A stretch of 57,786 nucleotides of DNA from a virus (lineage: Duplodnaviria; Caudoviricetes): positions 1 to 57,786 of IMG/VR virus record IMGVR_UViG_3300020045_013637. One strand, written 5' to 3'. How positions within the stretch are numbered: position 1 is the stretch's first letter; every line of letters starts with the position of its first letter. Under the pieces are notes generated by a model. It was not told where the DNA came from. It saw only the letters and a list, made by a program, of their open reading frames with translations, and made no database searches. Both the position numbers and the translations under genes were made by a program. Shown here piece after piece: positions 28,913 through 37,810 of this stretch.

Positions 28913-29366
28913 CTTTAACGAAGAACTCCGAGCTAAACAGGCTGAGGATATTGAAAAACGCCTTGCTGCATGGATGGAAAAAACAATGCCTTGTCGCATA
29001 GGGATCTTTGTCTTGCCAGAAAAAGAGCTTCTAAACCATCCGAATTTTATAAAAATTTACCGGCATCTGATTTTATTACAGATTCAAGATATTTTAGAAC
29101 ATATCAATTTTGATAAGGTTTTTCCCCTCGGATGTGAAGAAGATAAAAAACCTATTTTTTCTTTCTTTGATCCAACGATGACCTACAATGAAGCCCATAA
29201 AATAAAAATGGTTGTCGATCTGGTGCTACAATCGCGATTAGGGATAGAGGGGGCACATTCATTTCCACATGGCCAAGGTTTTTTAAAAAAATGTTTGTTG
29301 TTTTTTAAATCATTGTTTTTGATCTATAAAGCGAAAATAAAAATAATTTTCAACTTTAAAAAATAG
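28896..29366 (+). CDS. Hypothetical protein
   Basis: First 52 bp are duplicated at 28049. Confidence 0.6.
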   Translation: MTKVINFNEELRAKQAEDIEKRLAAWMEKTMPCRIGIFVLPEKELLNHPNFIKIYRHLILLQIQDILEHINFDKVFPLGCEEDKKPIFSFFDPTMTYNEAHKIKMVVDLVLQSRLGIEGAHSFPHGQGFLKKCLLFFKSLFLIYKAKIKIIFNFKK

Positions 29367-29412
29367 GAAATAAAAGATATGGTTGTTTTCGTAAGTTAAA
29401 CATGATCAAGGA
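29346..29412 (+). promoter_or_regulatory. Repeated promoter/leader cassette, copy 1
   Basis: ATTTTCAACTTTAAAAAAT...AAGTTAAACATGATCAAGGA, repeated at 30412-30477. Confidence 0.7.
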
Positions 29413-29420
29413 CGAAAACA

Positions 29421-29774
29421 ATGACTACATATACTTTAGATTTTGCTGAATGTTTCCACGAGTTTATAGGCGACAATGTGTTCGAGGATTCAACAATATA
29501 CCATACTAAAACTCTAAAATGGGTGCGCTATGATGCCAAGTTTAAATGGCTGAGGGTTACCCCTTTTTTAGCTACTAAGTTATTCAATTCCGGTGAACGT
29601 ATATCAATGGGGGTTTATCATGCATATGATTGTTACTGGGAGGTTCCTGCTGAATCTACTTATTTCTCTCTTGCCATAACGATAAAACCTATCTTTTTGC
29701 CTATTTTCGAATTGGCAGAAATAGAATACAAAGAAAAATCCCGTCAGCTTTCCAACAATAAGAGGGCAGCATAA
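29421..29774 (+). CDS. Hypothetical protein
   Basis: Follows the repeated leader and RBS. Confidence 0.6.
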   Translation: MTTYTLDFAECFHEFIGDNVFEDSTIYHTKTLKWVRYDAKFKWLRVTPFLATKLFNSGERISMGVYHAYDCYWEVPAESTYFSLAITIKPIFLPIFELAEIEYKEKSRQLSNNKRAA

Positions 29775-30043
29775 TGGACAACTTAACCATTCCAGGATAT
29801 GTCTACGTCGGTGAAGAAGTATATAAAAAGCGTTTTGACTTCTTTTTAAAGGCTGACCCAAAAACTCAACGTTATATAATCAGAGAAATGCCATCAACAA
29901 AAAAAGTTTTTATGGGTGGCGCTTACATACATAGAAAAGCTTATAACTTTTTAGCGTGGGCGTATGAAGATCATAAATATGGATCTGAGGGGCAATCATA
30001 TTGTAGCCCCTCTTCACCTATGTATAAGGGGGGAGCTGCATAA
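29774..30043 (+). CDS. Hypothetical protein
   Basis: TAATG-coupled. Confidence 0.55.
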   Translation: MDNLTIPGYVYVGEEVYKKRFDFFLKADPKTQRYIIREMPSTKKVFMGGAYIHRKAYNFLAWAYEDHKYGSEGQSYCSPSSPMYKGGAA

Positions 30044-30357
30044 TGACCCCCTCAAATATAGAAAAAGAAATGTCAGCGGCTATTGATTCAAATGAGTTTA
30101 AACTCACCGCTGATTACATGGCTATTAGAGATACTGCCTATTGGCATGCTCAAAATATGGTGATGACACCCAACATGTTTAAAAATGACTGGGCAGCCAT
30201 TAAAGCCATAAGATCTGATGATTTAATAACCTACATGATGGCTATACAAGTCAGATTAAAAGCCTTTGAAGATAAGTTAAACGATGTGGTTTGTTATCTG
30301 TATCTCATGAATAAACGCGTTAAAGAATTGTCATTGCAATGTGATGAGTCTGCATAA
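30043..30357 (+). CDS. Hypothetical protein
   Basis: TAATG-coupled. Confidence 0.55.
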   Translation: MTPSNIEKEMSAAIDSNEFKLTADYMAIRDTAYWHAQNMVMTPNMFKNDWAAIKAIRSDDLITYMMAIQVRLKAFEDKLNDVVCYLYLMNKRVKELSLQCDESA

Positions 30358-30411
30358 TGGATAGTTCGTTAATGGTATTTGTTTTTGAGTTTTAAAGTGA
30401 AAACAGATACC

Positions 30412-30477
30412 ATTTTCAACTTTAAAAAATGAATAACTAATGTTATTGTTGTTTATAAAGTTAAACATGATCAAGGA
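30412..30477 (+). promoter_or_regulatory. Repeated promoter/leader cassette, copy 2
   Basis: Same two boxes as 29346-29412; preceded by a hairpin at ~30371-30414. Confidence 0.7.
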
Positions 30478-30487
30478 TTAAATAATT

Positions 30488-30901
30488 ATGGAAATGCAAA
30501 TACAAAATCAAGTGTCTGTCGGTGTCTCACGAGATCCAAAATATATGGCTACTGTTGTTAACGATAAATTAAATAATTTAATGCCTAAAAATCTAGCTTC
30601 GTCCCTTACATACCAAGGTAATAATCTTATCAATTTATTAACTGTTTCGATTGACCGTAAATATACCTCTGGTGTCTGGGCATCATATCGCCAATGGGCT
30701 GAACGTGGTTACCAAGTCAAAAAAGGTGAAAAAGGGACTAAAATTGTATATTTCAAATCAGATGAAACCGAGAATAAAAACGAGAATGAAAAAAAAGGGC
30801 GTCTACTTAAATCAAGTTATGTCTTTAACAAAGATCAAACGGATGTAGAAGAGCAGATTGTGGCTGGTTTAGACGCGATGGAAAAGGGCATTAAGATATA
30901 A
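30488..30901 (+). CDS. ArdC-like N-terminal ssDNA-binding domain protein
   Basis: YQGNNLINL...WASYRQWAERGYQVKKGEKGTKIVYF...YVFNKDQT. Confidence 0.85.
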   Translation: MEMQIQNQVSVGVSRDPKYMATVVNDKLNNLMPKNLASSLTYQGNNLINLLTVSIDRKYTSGVWASYRQWAERGYQVKKGEKGTKIVYFKSDETENKNENEKKGRLLKSSYVFNKDQTDVEEQIVAGLDAMEKGIKI

Positions 30902-31332
30902 TGAATAACCAACAAAATACAATGTTCTCGGGGCGAGGTTTCGACCTCACCCCCGAGGAAATACTAGAAATTAAACATGATGTGAAGGCGTTAACCAAGT
31001 CTACGCCTATCTATGCGCCTACTTTCAAATGGAAAATATTGGACGATTGTGTTAAAAATAATTTTATTGAATTGCTGAACGAAATATCTTTTTATAAAAA
31101 TATCACGTCCTTTCAGTCTTGTCCAAAAAAATTATTTCTCGAAAAAGTTGTAAGTTTTATAGATAATAATAATGTTCGTTTTTGGGATTGCGCAGACTGG
31201 ATGCATCAATATTTAATAGATAAACGCGAACAGTTTGAAACCTACCATGATTACGACGGCTACAATCAAATTGCGCTACTCGAAGAGATTAACAACGTCA
31301 TTAACGAAAATCTGAGAATCTTATATGATTAA
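30901..31332 (+). CDS. Hypothetical protein
   Basis: ORF in operon. Confidence 0.55.
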   Translation: MNNQQNTMFSGRGFDLTPEEILEIKHDVKALTKSTPIYAPTFKWKILDDCVKNNFIELLNEISFYKNITSFQSCPKKLFLEKVVSFIDNNNVRFWDCADWMHQYLIDKREQFETYHDYDGYNQIALLEEINNVINENLRILYD

Positions 31333-31343
31333 TCACTAAGTGA

Positions 31344-31697
31344 ATGAGGAAAAGAATGACTGATATACGTTTAAACCTTATTGAGTTAACAGACGATATT
31401 GAGGATATTACTATCGCTAAAAAATTATCTGTTTTTCTTACTCCGCTTGAGCCGGTATCATCTATGGATATTGAGTCATTAGAGAAATACGTTATACCGA
31501 CAAAGGCAATACTCGATGCTTTTATCAAAGAATATGATTTAATGACTAAAAAAGTTGAAATGGCGTTACGTGACCTTGGCGTAAATGCCCCTCATTCAGA
31601 GTCTATTTTTAAACATATGGCTATTAATGCTAATATTGCTAAAACCTTAGGTGCTCGTATGGAGGCAGCTAACGGAGATGTAGAAAGTATCCATTAA
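31344..31697 (+). CDS. Hypothetical protein
   Basis: ORF in operon. Confidence 0.55.
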   Translation: MRKRMTDIRLNLIELTDDIEDITIAKKLSVFLTPLEPVSSMDIESLEKYVIPTKAILDAFIKEYDLMTKKVEMALRDLGVNAPHSESIFKHMAINANIAKTLGARMEAANGDVESIH

Positions 31698-31701
31698 TGT
31701 T

Positions 31702-32175
31702 TTGAAGTGCGCACTAGAAAATGAACCCTATAACATAAAAAAGAAAAGGGAAAATATGAAAACTATATACCATATGGCTGCTGATTTAGTCGACTCTGAC
31801 GCAGACTATAGCGCGCTTGTAATAACTCTTAGAATGTATTTTGTTACCCAAATGGTTAAAAACATAGTATTGCCCTCCGACGGTGATATTGTGAAGACGA
31901 TGACCCCTGTTATTGATTTTCTAAAGTCTGATAAGGGAGTGCAACTTGATAAGACTTTGTCTGGTTTTTATGATGACTTTCTTGTTTTAATGGATAATCT
32001 AAAGTCTGAACTATGCCCGAGGTGGGAGGATATAGAAGCACTCTTTAATCTGTGTAAATTTACAGAGTCCAAGCTTCTTGTAAGTGCTCAAGTAGTCTCC
32101 GAGTCTGAGGCTAAAAAAAGCGCTTGCTCTTCTAGTGTAGAACACCGACCTATTGTGACTCAACTAGACAGTTAA
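31702..32175 (+). CDS. Hypothetical protein
   Basis: ORF in operon; true start probably ATG 31756. Confidence 0.55.
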   Translation: MKCALENEPYNIKKKRENMKTIYHMAADLVDSDADYSALVITLRMYFVTQMVKNIVLPSDGDIVKTMTPVIDFLKSDKGVQLDKTLSGFYDDFLVLMDNLKSELCPRWEDIEALFNLCKFTESKLLVSAQVVSESEAKKSACSSSVEHRPIVTQLDS

Positions 32176-32189
32176 GGGGGCAACTGTAA

Positions 32190-32783
32190 ATGAAAGTTTC
32201 TAAGATTGTAAAAGAAGCGGAAATAAAAACGAAAACGAATAGAGGGAAAAACAGTCAAGTTTCCCATTTTAAAGAAAATAATAGAGGGAAACCTAAAGGG
32301 ACTAAGAACCGTATGCCGCCTATATCTCTTGTGCCTCAAGATACAAGGGACAAGGCATTACTAGCCCTCTCTGATGGTATAGAAGCCAAAAAACCGGAAT
32401 ATGTTTTATGGCTGTTAAGTCGCATGATACCCCCCGCTAAACCTGAGCCAGAGCGTACTATAATCAACTTAGAGTTTGATGATCTTGACCTATCCCAATT
32501 AGATGGGATTAGAAGCGCTGGTGTCCAAGTTGCTCAAGCACTAGCAAAAGGGGAGATATCTTTAGAAGAAGGCCAGCAAGTCTTAAAGATCCTACAGGCG
32601 CAAAACAGCCTAGTATACAATGAGCTAATAGAAAATCTCATAAAGTTTGCTCGCGAACATAGAAATGATACGGATTTAGTTGGATCCGGTAACACCATGA
32701 TGACTGAAGAAGAATTTAACAAACTATATGATGCCTCTATGCGTCGACCTATTGCCTACCAGGGTGACGATGACACAAAATAG
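32190..32783 (+). CDS. Putative terminase small subunit (DUF5681-like)
   Basis: FKENNRGKPKGTKNR, LLSRMIPP, ALAKGEISLEEG. Confidence 0.6.
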   Translation: MKVSKIVKEAEIKTKTNRGKNSQVSHFKENNRGKPKGTKNRMPPISLVPQDTRDKALLALSDGIEAKKPEYVLWLLSRMIPPAKPEPERTIINLEFDDLDLSQLDGIRSAGVQVAQALAKGEISLEEGQQVLKILQAQNSLVYNELIENLIKFAREHRNDTDLVGSGNTMMTEEEFNKLYDASMRRPIAYQGDDDTK

Positions 32784-32842
32784 GTTATAGACATAGCTGT
32801 CTCATCGTGTTATATTATGGTTTTTATTAGTCGATAAAGGTA

Positions 32843-33052
32843 TTGTGTGTGGACGAAAACAAAAAACTACTGACTGATTATGAGGTCGCTAAAATGATCG
32901 GGTTAAGTGTTTCGGCTACAAGAGCAAGACGTTTAAAAGGTTATCCGCCAAGTTACCTTAAAATTGGGAAAGCTGTGCGTTATCGTCTTGAAGATATTGA
33001 AAATTATATGACCTCTTGTTTTGTTGAGACAAAGAAAGATGATTCGAAATGA
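32843..33052 (+). CDS. AlpA/excisionase-like HTH protein
   Basis: LLTDYEVAKMIGLSVS...PPSYLKIGKAVRYRLEDIENY. Confidence 0.85.
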   Translation: MCVDENKKLLTDYEVAKMIGLSVSATRARRLKGYPPSYLKIGKAVRYRLEDIENYMTSCFVETKKDDSK

Positions 33053-33582
33053 AAGGTACTCAACAAGTAAAGAATCTAATGAAAGAACGATCTGGTGGGG
33101 TTAAACCCAAGAATAAATCCACCACAGAAAGATTAGATAAGTTAGAGGCTGATATAGCACGTATTATAGAGATGCTTATTATTATGCATCAAACGCGCCA
33201 GAATGATAATGAGGATATTAAATATTACGTTAAATGTGTTTCAGACTTAACGCTTAATAACCATGAAATAAAAAAGATGTTGGCTGACGATTCTATTTAT
33301 GTTCAGCATACGTCCAGAGTACATGAGGCTATTGCCAAATCAATAGAAGGAAAAATTGACGGGTTTTTAGAACGTGTCAATTTATCCAATAAAGATACTC
33401 GTCCTGATAACTCGATAACCCTTTTAATTTATGACGTAATAGATGAATGGTATTCGGATTTGGATTATGCTGCATTAGAGTCGGGGGTTATTGGGGTTGT
33501 TACTGTAACGCCTAAAGATATTTCAATCCTAAAAGAAATGATTAGAGATACTCTAGTTGGAACGTTCCACTCTAATGATTGA
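33049..33582 (+). CDS. Hypothetical protein
   Basis: ATGA-coupled ORF. Confidence 0.55.
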   Translation: MKGTQQVKNLMKERSGGVKPKNKSTTERLDKLEADIARIIEMLIIMHQTRQNDNEDIKYYVKCVSDLTLNNHEIKKMLADDSIYVQHTSRVHEAIAKSIEGKIDGFLERVNLSNKDTRPDNSITLLIYDVIDEWYSDLDYAALESGVIGVVTVTPKDISILKEMIRDTLVGTFHSND

Positions 33583-33608
33583 TTTTGGTATACGGGGAAT
33601 AAACAATA

Positions 33609-34109
33609 ATGGTGAGTAAGTTAATTGAAAAGTGTCGGGCGACAGAAATAATTAAATCATTAGGTGATGCACATAAAAATGTGCATGAATTAATTGAGGA
33701 TTTATGTAATCGTTATGACATGGTTGAGGATGCCCTAAGACGTTCTTATAGTCATCGTATTACGATGCTGAATGTTCCTTTATCTCTAAAACTACTACCT
33801 TACCCGGTGCATTTTCTACGCCCTCTTAAATTAGACTTTAATGGTCGCCCTAATGTAATGAAAGCTCTAAAACATAGCTACTTTAAGTATTGGGGGGATA
33901 TAGTTACATTCCCCTCATTTGACTCTGTTGCTGCTGCACCGGGTTTAGGTATTATATCCGGGCTTGATAATAAGGATTTTTTTTACAACCAAATGGCATT
34001 TCTCGAATTGTCATTTACACCTACCCTTCAATATAGAGAGTCCTGGCGACCTTATAATTTGAATGATCTTTCAAATTTGTACGTAGAAACATATGGGGGT
34101 AATAAATAA
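33609..34109 (+). CDS. Protein with an RNA polymerase alpha-CTD-like C-terminal domain
   Basis: FLRPL...ALK...YWGDIV...PGLG..S...WRPYNLNDL parallels the RpoA CTD pattern. Confidence 0.55.
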   Translation: MVSKLIEKCRATEIIKSLGDAHKNVHELIEDLCNRYDMVEDALRRSYSHRITMLNVPLSLKLLPYPVHFLRPLKLDFNGRPNVMKALKHSYFKYWGDIVTFPSFDSVAAAPGLGIISGLDNKDFFYNQMAFLELSFTPTLQYRESWRPYNLNDLSNLYVETYGGNK

Positions 34110-34509
34110 CAATGGTAGGTATTCTAACTGATGTAGAGCGAGACTTACTGAAAATTGGGTCATATTTCTTTGAGCTTTCTGTTTTACTTGACAAGTTTTA
34201 TGTCAAGAATGGTTTTGAATCTTCAAAGATAAATGAGTTACTGGATTTGTTAGAGCAGGAGATATCTACCAATGCCAAAAAGCGTTAAGATTAGATAATC
34301 TAATTAATGAATAATGAGATAGAGACAAAATAGGATAATATAATGAGTAGAGCCGTAACAGTAGATGAGTTGTTTGAAATAATTAGACCTATACAGATAA
34401 AATTAGATCATCTCTGTACTGAAGTTGACGTATTAAAAAAGGAAAAGCACAGTACTCGCGTAAGTACATCTTTTGATAATCTAGAGAGTCGAGTTGGAGA
34501 GGATGATTA

Positions 34510-35007
34510 ATGGCATCGATTAATAAAGTAATTTTAGTTGGACATGTAGGGCAAGATCCTGCTATCTCGCATTTACCTAGTGGCCGTAAGGTAGCTAAAT
34601 TTTCCTTGGCAACAAGTGAAACATGGAAAGATAAAAATAGCGGGGACTATAAATCTTTAACTGAATGGCATACCGTTAAGGTGTTGAACCCTCATTTGGC
34701 TGACATTGTTGAAAAGTACATTCATAAAGGCTCTAAGGTTTATGTAGATGGAAAAATAATGTCTCATAAATGGACATCAAAAGATGGCAGCGAGAAAGTC
34801 TCATTTGAGATTGTCCTCACCCAATACAAAGGTGAATTAACTTTGTTGGATAGTAAGAAAGATGAGCAACCGCGAGATGAATATAATGTTCATGATCCTA
34901 AGAATGAGAAAGATTTAAGCCGTTATGGTGTGGCTCAACCCACGCAAAAACCTACTGACTATGATCCAACCAAGTACAAAGAATTAGAGGACGAGATACC
35001 GTTTTAA
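34510..35007 (+). CDS. ssb: Single-stranded DNA-binding protein
   Basis: SINKVILVG, FSLATSETWKDK, TEWH, KGSKVYVDG, C-terminal DEIPF. Confidence 0.97.
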   Translation: MASINKVILVGHVGQDPAISHLPSGRKVAKFSLATSETWKDKNSGDYKSLTEWHTVKVLNPHLADIVEKYIHKGSKVYVDGKIMSHKWTSKDGSEKVSFEIVLTQYKGELTLLDSKKDEQPRDEYNVHDPKNEKDLSRYGVAQPTQKPTDYDPTKYKELEDEIPF

Positions 35008-35148
35008 TCATGTTTTCTGCGTATCTTGTTGGGTTAGTTTGTGGTTTTTGTTTTGGGATAACTTTTAATAGGGTTATATACGAAAGAAAAAATAATAAAT
35101 GAAAAGCCTAGTCATTTATCTTCTTGGGTTTCTTGGCGGTACGATAAT

Positions 35149-35604
35149 TTGGTCATTGTTTTTAAATTCAAGATGGTTAAGTACATATATAGAAAAAAGG
35201 ATATCTGCAAAAAAATGAGTTTACCCTTAGTTAGACATGATGTAATTAGCGAACTATACGGATTCATTGATCAACATATAGATGAATGCATAGAAGAATA
35301 TCTACCCGCTGTTGTTGCTGATAATGGTTTTGTTGAAAGTAAGTGTCTATTTACCCTTGGCGGTATCGTGTTAGCTGTGACCTTTGACGGTGGCAAATGG
35401 CTTTATGAAATAGGAACCAACAAAGTTTCTACTGAGTTTGGGGTTATGTTTCATAACAGAGTGGTGGATAGACTAAAAGAACGGAAACTAGAGAGGGCGT
35501 TTGATCAGTGGGAACTTGAACATATAACGGAAATGTCTGCTTCGTTGTTTGAAAACGGTATCAAAGATTTATTGAATAACAAGACTGTAAAAATAGAAAT
35601 ATGA
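35149..35604 (+). CDS. Hypothetical protein
   Basis: ORF; start uncertain. Confidence 0.5.
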   Translation: MVIVFKFKMVKYIYRKKDICKKMSLPLVRHDVISELYGFIDQHIDECIEEYLPAVVADNGFVESKCLFTLGGIVLAVTFDGGKWLYEIGTNKVSTEFGVMFHNRVVDRLKERKLERAFDQWELEHITEMSASLFENGIKDLLNNKTVKIEI

Positions 35605-35951
35605 TTAAGTTTAGACGGAAATTAGGACATACATATAACTGCATCTATTGCGAATGTGAGTATATTTTAGAAGAGAGAAGCCAGAAAACTTGTAGTGTTC
35701 AGTGCAGTAGAGAAAATACGAGACGTAGACAAAAAGAACGTCTTCAGAATGATGTAGTGTATAGGAAAAAACGTCTTGAACAGTACAGGCAGTATTATTA
35801 CAAAAAAAAACAACTCAATCCGGAGGCAATACGTGCTTATTATCGTAATCTGCATAAAAAAAAGCAGCCATCGAGTGCAGAATATAGGTTGAAAAATAGT
35901 ACGAGAGTAAAGGCATCTAAATTAAGAAAGAAACAGGAGTTATCAAAATGA
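35601..35951 (+). CDS. Zinc-finger basic protein
   Basis: CIYC...KTCSVQC followed by a basic helix. Confidence 0.6.
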   Translation: MIKFRRKLGHTYNCIYCECEYILEERSQKTCSVQCSRENTRRRQKERLQNDVVYRKKRLEQYRQYYYKKKQLNPEAIRAYYRNLHKKKQPSSAEYRLKNSTRVKASKLRKKQELSK

Positions 35952-36676
35952 TTAAAACTTTATTAATTACGTTTTTATCAATATCTACGGGGATTGCATC
36001 TACTCCTGAAATTCCAGATGACCTACTGTACGGTACAATACAAGAGTCTCCTGTTTCTTCTGAGCCTCGTCTTACCCCTTTACGAATAGTTGAAAGTCCT
36101 CTAGTGGGGATGCAAGAAACACAGGAAGTATCTCGTTTGCGTTTTCCTCAAGGGCATTTAGATTTAGAGATACGAGAAGTATTAGCGGCTTCAATTGAAA
36201 GAGCGTGTGTTATTCCTGGTGATTGTATTAATTCTTTTATGCGGGCAAATGAGATACAAAATGAATCTCTCTTTAACTCAATTGTTTCTAAACAAGCTCA
36301 ACTTATTAAAGCTGAGAAAGTATTTGATATAGAAACTATTCTGATGGCGGTTAACTTTGTGTCTTCATCCGGATTTAATGTTGAGTCTGCCCTTCAAAGT
36401 TACATCCTGGATGATAGTATTTGCTTGCAACTGACACACCCCTTTGAAACCTTTGTAACTTCTAGTTTTACTAGGCCATTTCAAGTCAGAACTGATTTGG
36501 CGCAAAATAATGGTGATTGGTTTGTTTTATGGCAAATTTATGCATCATCGAAATTCCGCCCTGATAAACTATTACAATATGAGGAACTTTTATCTTCTTT
36601 ATTTTTGGATGAAATTTTTATTTTCTCGCATCGTATTTATTCGCAGCAAATAAAATCTATGGAATCTACAGAATAG
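35948..36676 (+). CDS. Putative secreted protein
   Basis: Signal-peptide-like MIKTLLITFLSISTGIA-S; GGAG RBS. Confidence 0.6.
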   Translation: MIKTLLITFLSISTGIASTPEIPDDLLYGTIQESPVSSEPRLTPLRIVESPLVGMQETQEVSRLRFPQGHLDLEIREVLAASIERACVIPGDCINSFMRANEIQNESLFNSIVSKQAQLIKAEKVFDIETILMAVNFVSSSGFNVESALQSYILDDSICLQLTHPFETFVTSSFTRPFQVRTDLAQNNGDWFVLWQIYASSKFRPDKLLQYEELLSSLFLDEIFIFSHRIYSQQIKSMESTE

Positions 36677-36689
36677 GAAGAGTTTAAAA

Positions 36690-36920
36690 TTGTCTGCTAC
36701 TACTGTTAGTCTTGAGCATAAGCCATCTGGTGACGGATGGCGGTTGTGGCCCGCATGTGAAAAATCCCGCGCTTATACTCGTAATCTTGGAAGTTTTTCA
36801 TTAACTGGTGATCCCATAATTACAATTGAATACTTTAGAACTGAGGGTTATAATGTACAGGTAAAAACACCAACCTTAATTTTTAATTATCCGGCTTATG
36901 AGGTAACAAAAACCGTATAA
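36690..36920 (+). CDS. Hypothetical protein
   Basis: ORF in operon. Confidence 0.45.
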   Translation: MSATTVSLEHKPSGDGWRLWPACEKSRAYTRNLGSFSLTGDPIITIEYFRTEGYNVQVKTPTLIFNYPAYEVTKTV

Positions 36921-37021
36921 TCTACAATTATGTAAAGAGTATAGAAAATGAGTATTTCGTTAATCTTTATTGTTTTTGTATTTACGACAGGTATTATACG
37001 ATTATATAAAGAGTGTAGAGA

Positions 37022-37177
37022 ATGAGTATTTCATTAATCTTTGTTGGTTTTATATTGGCGTTAGGTATTATGTCTCTAATTATAGGGACTCTATGGATTG
37101 CTGTTAAATTAACTTACGACGACTTTTCTATGTTCTTTTATCAAAAGTCTGAGGAACGTGAGTTTATCAATGATTAA
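37022..37177 (+). CDS. Small single-TM protein (51 aa)
   Basis: MSISLIFVGFILALGIMSLIIGTLWIAVK...; degenerate duplicate of the start at 36948. Confidence 0.5.
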   Translation: MSISLIFVGFILALGIMSLIIGTLWIAVKLTYDDFSMFFYQKSEEREFIND

Positions 37178-37363
37178 GACTATTCGACGGGTTTCTATGG
37201 GATTAATGGTGAGTGTTAGTCTTATTGCTTTTGTAGATGCCTTACGGGGTTCCTTTAAATTTAAATCTGGTGTGAGTACTGTTAAACCGGTTGTTGATTC
37301 GTGGAAAACACATTTAGCAGTTAAGACTCGGAATAATAACAAATTTGTTAGGGGGAATGGGCC

Positions 37364-37810
37364 TTAATGTCCTCTCATTGGCCATTCTACAAGAATTGAT
37401 CCAAATGGTGCATTACACATTATTCCTTTTGTTGGATGTTTAAATTTCAGCCTTCCTCTTAAAAAATAAACGTCCCCGTATGTAATATAATCATGAAATA
37501 TTTTTGTATCGGTTCTGCTCGGTAATAAGGCAATTACTTTTGTATTCGGTTTTTTTGTTTCATTAAAGGCTTTGATAACCCATTTATTTAATTGTCGACC
37601 ATATGGAGGATTCATAAAGCAAATATTATTTTCCCAATTCTGTATGAGTCCGTCTTGTTCTTTAGTGAAAAACTTGGTGCATTTTGCATTTTCTTTTGTA
37701 GCACAGACATCTAATGTGAAATTGTATTCTTCTTGAAGAGAATCAAATAAATCTTGAGGGGTTTCCCAATCGTGAAAAACAGAACTACCCATTAATTGCA
37801 TATTAACCAT
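37364..37810 (-). CDS. Phage DNA N6-adenine methyltransferase (Dam-like phage family)
   Basis: WETPQDLFD, FTLDVCA, CFMNPPYGR, LLPSRTDT, FLRGRLKF, APF. Confidence 0.93.
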   Translation of the reverse strand: MVNMQLMGSSVFHDWETPQDLFDSLQEEYNFTLDVCATKENAKCTKFFTKEQDGLIQNWENNICFMNPPYGRQLNKWVIKAFNETKKPNTKVIALLPSRTDTKIFHDYITYGDVYFLRGRLKFKHPTKGIMCNAPFGSILVEWPMRGH

